Shown here piece by piece: positions 58,953-64,000 of a stretch of 64,000 nt of DNA. Positions within the stretch are counted from its first letter, which is position 1; each line of letters begins with the position of its first letter. A program made the translations under genes and the position numbers. The notes under the pieces are model-generated. The model was not told where the DNA came from. It was given only the letters and a program-made list of their open reading frames with translations, and made no database searches. Origin of the DNA: Prochloron sp. SulCav_FS08_3_32_3330 (GTDB lineage Bacteria; Cyanobacteriota; Cyanobacteriia; Cyanobacteriales; DYNF01); NCBI GenBank assembly GCA_020721205.1, contig DYNF01000001.1, positions 4,419 through 68,418 on the forward strand. The letters are read 5' to 3'.

Positions 58953-59873
58953 ATGAAAATATTAGTAACAGGAGGAGCAGGATTTATCGGCTCTCATTTG
59001 GCCGAGCAAATGGTTAATAAAGGACTAGAAACGATCATATTTGACAACTTGAGTTCGGGTGAAATTACTAATATTAAATCAATCAGAGCTAACGTAAGAT
59101 TGATTGATGCTGATGTTAGAAATTTGGATACTTTAATGTCTGCTATGGAAAATGTGGATTTGGTGTTTCATCTGGCTGCACAGACTACTATTTCAGGTTC
59201 TTTAACTAATCCATTTCTCACCCATGAAATCAATAACACAGGTACATTAAATGTACTTTGGGCAGCTTTGAAAAAAGGAGTATCACGGATAGTTATATCT
59301 TCTAGTTGTTCGATATATGGAGATCATCATCAACCACCTTTAAAAGAAACCGATTTACCTAATCCTAAATCGCCTTATGCGGCTAGTAAATTAACAGCAG
59401 AAGCATTGGCTGAAAGTTTTTATCATTCTTATGGATTAGAAACAGTTTGTTTAAGGTATTTTAATGTCTATGGCTTACGACAAAGAGCAGATTCAGATTA
59501 TGCGGCAGTAATTCCTCGTTTTGTAGAATGTTATCAACAGAAACAATCACCTCTAATTTATGGAACTGGACAACAAAGTCGAGATTTTATTCATGTTAGT
59601 GATGTGGCTAGAGCAAATCTTTTATCCGCCCAATTGCCAATTAATATCTTAAAAAAACATCGGATTTTTAATATTGGCACGGGGAATAAAACTAATCTTT
59701 TAGAATTACTTGATGTAATTTCTAAATATAAAAATTACCACTTAGAACCAACTTTTTTGCCTTCTCGTCAAGGTGAAATCAAACATTCCTGTGCGGATAT
59801 TAGTTTAGCCCAAGAAAAATTGGGTTTTCAACCTTTAATTAGTTTAGAAGAAGGAATTAAATTATTATTATGA
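58953..59873 (+). CDS. Extended SDR UDP-sugar 4-epimerase-like protein
   Basis: GGAGFIG, SPYAASK, LRYFNVYG, RDFIHV. Confidence 0.9.
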   Translation: MKILVTGGAGFIGSHLAEQMVNKGLETIIFDNLSSGEITNIKSIRANVRLIDADVRNLDTLMSAMENVDLVFHLAAQTTISGSLTNPFLTHEINNTGTLNVLWAALKKGVSRIVISSSCSIYGDHHQPPLKETDLPNPKSPYAASKLTAEALAESFYHSYGLETVCLRYFNVYGLRQRADSDYAAVIPRFVECYQQKQSPLIYGTGQQSRDFIHVSDVARANLLSAQLPINILKKHRIFNIGTGNKTNLLELLDVISKYKNYHLEPTFLPSRQGEIKHSCADISLAQEKLGFQPLISLEEGIKLLL

Positions 59874-61087
59874 AAATTGTCTATGTACTTTCCTCTAACT
59901 TAGTTTGTGGTGGTCATATTATTATACTTCAACATATTACTAGATTAGCCAAAAGAGGACACAATCTTTTTATTTGTATTTTAGATGAAAGTATCCCTGC
60001 TCAATCAAGTTCTTTTGCTTGGTTTCCTAATTTTAATTGTTCCGTAGTTCACCCTCAAAATTTTCCAGATGATGTAGATATTTGTGTGGCAACTTTTTGG
60101 GCTACGGTAATTCCTGTTTTAAACTTTCCTGCTAAACATAAAGTTTATTTTGTTCAATCAGATGAAACCCGTTTTTATGATGATCTAATTATCAAAAATC
60201 AAGTCAGTTTAACCTATCTTTCTAATATTCATTATATGACGGAAGCTCAATGGATTGTCCAATGGTTACAAAATAACTTTGGTCATCAAGCAGTCTATAT
60301 TCCTAATGCACTTGATCACAAGATTATTCATCCAGCAAAACCAATCGAAAATAAACGAAAAGATCGCTTCAGAATTTTAGTTGAAGGTACAATTAATACT
60401 CCTTTTAAAAGAGTAAAAGAAGCCATTGAAGCTAGTCAATGTTTAAATTGTGAGATTTGGTGTGTTTCTAATGGTGGAAAACCCGATCCAGACTGGCAAA
60501 TTGATCGCTTTTTTTATCAAGTAGATTTTAGTGAAATGAAATATATTTATTCCAGTTGCGACATTTTAGTAAAATTAAGTAGTGTGGAAGGATTTTTTGG
60601 ACCACCTTTAGAAATGATGGCTTGTGGTGGTGTGTGTGTGGTTAGTGATGTTACAGGATATGATGAATATATTAAAGATGAATATAATGCTTTAGTCATC
60701 CCTAATGGTGATGTTAATTTAGCTCATCAAGCCTTAAAAAGATTAATCAATGATCGGGAATTATATAATAAATTACAACAAAATGGTAAATTAACTGCTG
60801 ATTCGATGCAATGGGAAGATTCTATTGACAAATTAGAAAAATTTTATGAAAATTTATCTAATCAACCAAAAAAATTTCATGTTAAAGGAGAAAGAATTGA
60901 ATCATTAAACCAGTTATTAACAAATTATTATTTTTTAACCCAAGATAATCCCAATGTAATTAACTCTTATAAATTATCGAAATTAGAATTAATGATGGTA
61001 AATTTTTTTAAAAAGATTAAAAAACTTATACCTTTATCTTTCAGATTATATATTAAAAATCAAATTAAGAAATTAATACTTGAATAA
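59870..61087 (+). CDS. GT4 glycosyltransferase
   Basis: CGGH, VATFWAT, YFVQSDE, EGFFGPPLEMMACG. Confidence 0.88.
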   Translation: MKIVYVLSSNLVCGGHIIILQHITRLAKRGHNLFICILDESIPAQSSSFAWFPNFNCSVVHPQNFPDDVDICVATFWATVIPVLNFPAKHKVYFVQSDETRFYDDLIIKNQVSLTYLSNIHYMTEAQWIVQWLQNNFGHQAVYIPNALDHKIIHPAKPIENKRKDRFRILVEGTINTPFKRVKEAIEASQCLNCEIWCVSNGGKPDPDWQIDRFFYQVDFSEMKYIYSSCDILVKLSSVEGFFGPPLEMMACGGVCVVSDVTGYDEYIKDEYNALVIPNGDVNLAHQALKRLINDRELYNKLQQNGKLTADSMQWEDSIDKLEKFYENLSNQPKKFHVKGERIESLNQLLTNYYFLTQDNPNVINSYKLSKLELMMVNFFKKIKKLIPLSFRLYIKNQIKKLILE

Positions 61088-61094
61088 TTAGTGA

Positions 61095-62000
61095 ATGTAT
61101 AAAATATTAGCTTATATAACAGTTTATCAAGATCATAAATCAGCAGATATATGTATCAAAGCCATCAAAGATCAAACTTTTCCTATTGATCAAATTTTTG
61201 TGATTGATAATTCTCCTGTTATCATTAATCTTAATCAAAATTCAATGATCAAAAGTTATCCCGAAAATATCGGCATTGGTGCGGGAATTAAAGAAGCTTT
61301 AGAATGGGCAATTAAAGAAAATTATGATTTTGTATGGACATTTGATCAGGATAGTCTTCCAACTCATAACTGTTTAGAAATTCTGTTAAATACTTATGAA
61401 AAGTTAAACAAAGAAGATTATCAAATTGGTATTATTGCACCAATAGCTATTGATAAAAGAAATAATAATATAGCTCAAAGTGTTAATTTTGATCAAGATC
61501 ATTTTATGGGGATTAATTCCCATAATATAAAATTACCTTATGAATGTGATGCTCCGATTACATCAGGCTCATTAATATCTTCAAATGCCGCTAAAATTAT
61601 TGATCCACCTCGTAGTGATTTATTTATTGATGGGATAGATTTAGATTATGGTTATCGTTTAAAAGAAAAGGGTTTTCATAATATTATAGTGCCTGATGCT
61701 ATTATGTATCATAATTTTGGTAATCCTCAAACTGTTAAATTGTTTAATCAAGAATTAATTTTTCAACAATATTCTCCATTAAGACATTATTATATCTGTC
61801 GTAATCATACCTATTTAGAAACAAGATTTGCTCAAAATTTTTATAAGTTAACTAGCACTTTAAAACGTCTTAAATATATGATTTATACTATAATTAAAAT
61901 TGTTCTTTATGATCAAGAACAAACTTTAATTAAAATTTACGCTTGTTTACTAGGAACTTTTCACGGTTTTATTGGTAAACTTGGTAAAATTTGGAGTTAA
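61095..62000 (+). CDS. GT2 rhamnosyltransferase-like (RfbF-like) enzyme
   Basis: VIDNS, FDQDS, ITSGSLI, LFIDGID, YYICRN. Confidence 0.85.
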   Translation: MYKILAYITVYQDHKSADICIKAIKDQTFPIDQIFVIDNSPVIINLNQNSMIKSYPENIGIGAGIKEALEWAIKENYDFVWTFDQDSLPTHNCLEILLNTYEKLNKEDYQIGIIAPIAIDKRNNNIAQSVNFDQDHFMGINSHNIKLPYECDAPITSGSLISSNAAKIIDPPRSDLFIDGIDLDYGYRLKEKGFHNIIVPDAIMYHNFGNPQTVKLFNQELIFQQYSPLRHYYICRNHTYLETRFAQNFYKLTSTLKRLKYMIYTIIKIVLYDQEQTLIKIYACLLGTFHGFIGKLGKIWS

Positions 62001-62016
62001 TCTTATTTTTATTAAT

Positions 62017-62859
62017 GTGATTTATTTACTTATTATTAATTATTATTCAACAGAACTAATTAAGAAATTAATATCATCAATTTATGATATTAATTTCAGC
62101 AATTATCAAATTATTATTATTAATAATTCTCCAGAAGATCAAAGTATTCAAAGTTTAAACTCAGATAATACAATGATTCTTAATAATCAAGAAAATTTAG
62201 GTTTTGGAAAAGCTTGTAATGTTGGTTTAAATTATATTTATCAACAGGATCAATCTGCTCTTATTTGGTTAATTAATCCTGATACCTATTTTCAAGAAAT
62301 TAATTTTGATAATATTACTAACTTCTTTCAAAAATATTCAGATATTTCTATTTTAGGAACGATTATTTATACTCCTGAGCAAAAAGTTTGGTTTGGTGGA
62401 GGTATTTTTCAAGCAAAAAAGGGTGACATTATTGAAACTAATTTATTTGACAATAATTTTAATCAAGATTATTTAATCTGTGATTGGGTAAGCGGTTGTA
62501 GTATGATTATTAATCTCAAAAATTTTGATAATTGTCCTCAATTTGATCTTAATTATTTTCTTTATTATGAAGATGTTGATTTCTGTTTACGCTATCAAAA
62601 ACAAGGTCATAAAATTGCTATTACTAATCAATTTAGTTTAATTCATAATCCTTCTTCTATTACTAATCGTAATTTAACTAATAAAATGTTTTATAGTACC
62701 TATAGTTATTTATTAACTTTAAAAAAATATACTAATCTTTCTATTTTTATGTTAAAATTCACAAAATTATTAGTTAATAGTTTATTTTTAATTATTTTAA
62801 AACCTTTAATTGCGATCGGAAAAATTAAAGGGATATATTATTTTTTTAACAATAAATAA
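62017..62859 (+). CDS. GT2 glycosyltransferase (WbbL-like)
   Basis: NLGFGKACN, LINPD, WVSGCS, YFLYYEDVDFC; GTG start assumed. Confidence 0.87.
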   Translation: MIYLLIINYYSTELIKKLISSIYDINFSNYQIIIINNSPEDQSIQSLNSDNTMILNNQENLGFGKACNVGLNYIYQQDQSALIWLINPDTYFQEINFDNITNFFQKYSDISILGTIIYTPEQKVWFGGGIFQAKKGDIIETNLFDNNFNQDYLICDWVSGCSMIINLKNFDNCPQFDLNYFLYYEDVDFCLRYQKQGHKIAITNQFSLIHNPSSITNRNLTNKMFYSTYSYLLTLKKYTNLSIFMLKFTKLLVNSLFLIILKPLIAIGKIKGIYYFFNNK

Positions 62860-62871
62860 TTTTTAAATTAT

Positions 62872-62985
62872 ATGACTCAAAAAAAGGCTTTAATTACTGG
62901 TTTAACAGGGTAAAATTGCTCTTATCTTGCTGAATTATTAATCGAAAAAGGTTATAATATTTATGGTTTAGTGCGTCGTTCATAA
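62872..62985 (+). pseudogene. gmd: 5' stub of GDP-mannose 4,6-dehydratase with an internal stop
   Basis: [36 protein letters not shown]. Confidence 0.85.
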
Positions 62986-63051
62986 GTGTGCTAAACAAAC
63001 ATTCAAAGTTTATCAAAGTTTATTATTTTAAGAAAAATTTATTGATTTAAA

Positions 63052-63741
63052 ATGAAATTATCTGTTATTATTCCCTGTTTTAATGAATTAAACACAATTG
63101 CTACAATTGTCGCCGCAGTTAAAAATTCTCCGGTGAAAGATATAGAGATTATTGTTGTTGATGATTGTTCCACCGATGGTACAAGAGATTTACTACAAGG
63201 GACTATTGAAAGTCAAGTAGATCAAGTTCTTTATCATCCCAAGAATATGGGTAAAGGTGCGGCTTTGCGGACTGGAATTGCATCAGCAACTGGTGATATA
63301 GTTATTGTTCAAGATGCTGATTTAGAATATGATCCTCAAGAATATCCGATTTTAATTGAACCCATTATTAAAAATAAAGCAGATGTGGTTTTTGGCTCTC
63401 GATTTCAAGGAGGAAAAGCCCACCGAGTCGTCTATTATTGGCATAGGTTAGGCAACAGTTTTTTAACGATGTTATCTAATATGTTTACTAATATTAATTT
63501 AACTGATATGGAAACTTGTTATAAAGCCTTCCGCCGAGAGATTATTCAATCTATCAAAATTGAAGAAAAAAGATTTGGTTTTGAACCAGAGATAACTGCT
63601 AAAGTAGCTAAATTAGACTGTCGAATCTATGAAGTGGGCATTTCCTATTATGGACGTACCTATAAAGAAGGTAAAAAAATTGGCTGGAAAGATGGTTTTA
63701 GAGCAATTTATTGTATTCTTAAATATAATTTATTTCGATAA
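63052..63741 (+). CDS. GT2 polyprenol-monophosphosugar synthase-like enzyme
   Basis: [43 protein letters not shown]. Confidence 0.92.
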   Translation: MKLSVIIPCFNELNTIATIVAAVKNSPVKDIEIIVVDDCSTDGTRDLLQGTIESQVDQVLYHPKNMGKGAALRTGIASATGDIVIVQDADLEYDPQEYPILIEPIIKNKADVVFGSRFQGGKAHRVVYYWHRLGNSFLTMLSNMFTNINLTDMETCYKAFRREIIQSIKIEEKRFGFEPEITAKVAKLDCRIYEVGISYYGRTYKEGKKIGWKDGFRAIYCILKYNLFR

Positions 63742-63789
63742 TTATATTAAAAAACTTAGTCTAATACAGAAAATTCTTTTGAGATAAAA

Positions 63790-64000
63790 ATGAGCATAAA
63801 AAAACACTATTTAACGATAAGCTTTTATATTTTGGTTGGTTTAATTGGAATTTTCATGATGTTTTATCCCACTTTGATGAGTGGTTTTGCTAAGATGCAA
63901 ACTGATCCAATAGATACCAGACTTAATAATTATTTTTTGGAACATTCTTTTCAATTTTTCTTTAATTCTCATTATTTAGGCAAACTCTGGTCGCCAACAT
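63790..64000 (+). CDS. Membrane protein, probably GT-C-like (3' part outside window)
   Basis: MSIKKHYL, TM helix, then QTDPIDTRLNNYFLEH; frame open to the window end. Confidence 0.6.
   Translation, partial: MSIKKHYLTISFYILVGLIGIFMMFYPTLMSGFAKMQTDPIDTRLNNYFLEHSFQFFFNSHYLGKLWSPT

Overview
AT-rich chromosomal window from a unicellular cyanobacterium (inferred from GCGATCGC/HIP1 sites and the ycf46/ycf35, XisI and HstK-type genes; resembles Geminocystis/Cyanobacterium). The left half has housekeeping genes (gyrA, smc, recQ, pyrR, map, trm1, tRNA-Ser, ycf46 operon). These are interspersed with a defence island (McrBC-like pair plus a single-chain restriction-modification enzyme), small TA-type genes and two orphan N-ATPase genes. 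The right half (36.6-64 kb) is a large Wzm/Wzt-dependent surface-glycan locus. The most striking signals are three. First, small accessory genes are repeatedly bracketed by diverged duplicates of the neighbouring gene's terminus (mcrC, wzt, a methyltransferase start, a GT-C end), alongside many short gene-fragment scars. Second, four near-identical 472-bp tandem copies of a retropepsin-like protease gene split wzm from wzt. Third, nested repeats are common: MITEs with target-site duplications carry REP-like hairpin doublets, and one palindromic repeat sits in frame inside the R-M enzyme. No CRISPR array, integrase or intact transposase was seen. All calls are by eye, without database searches.
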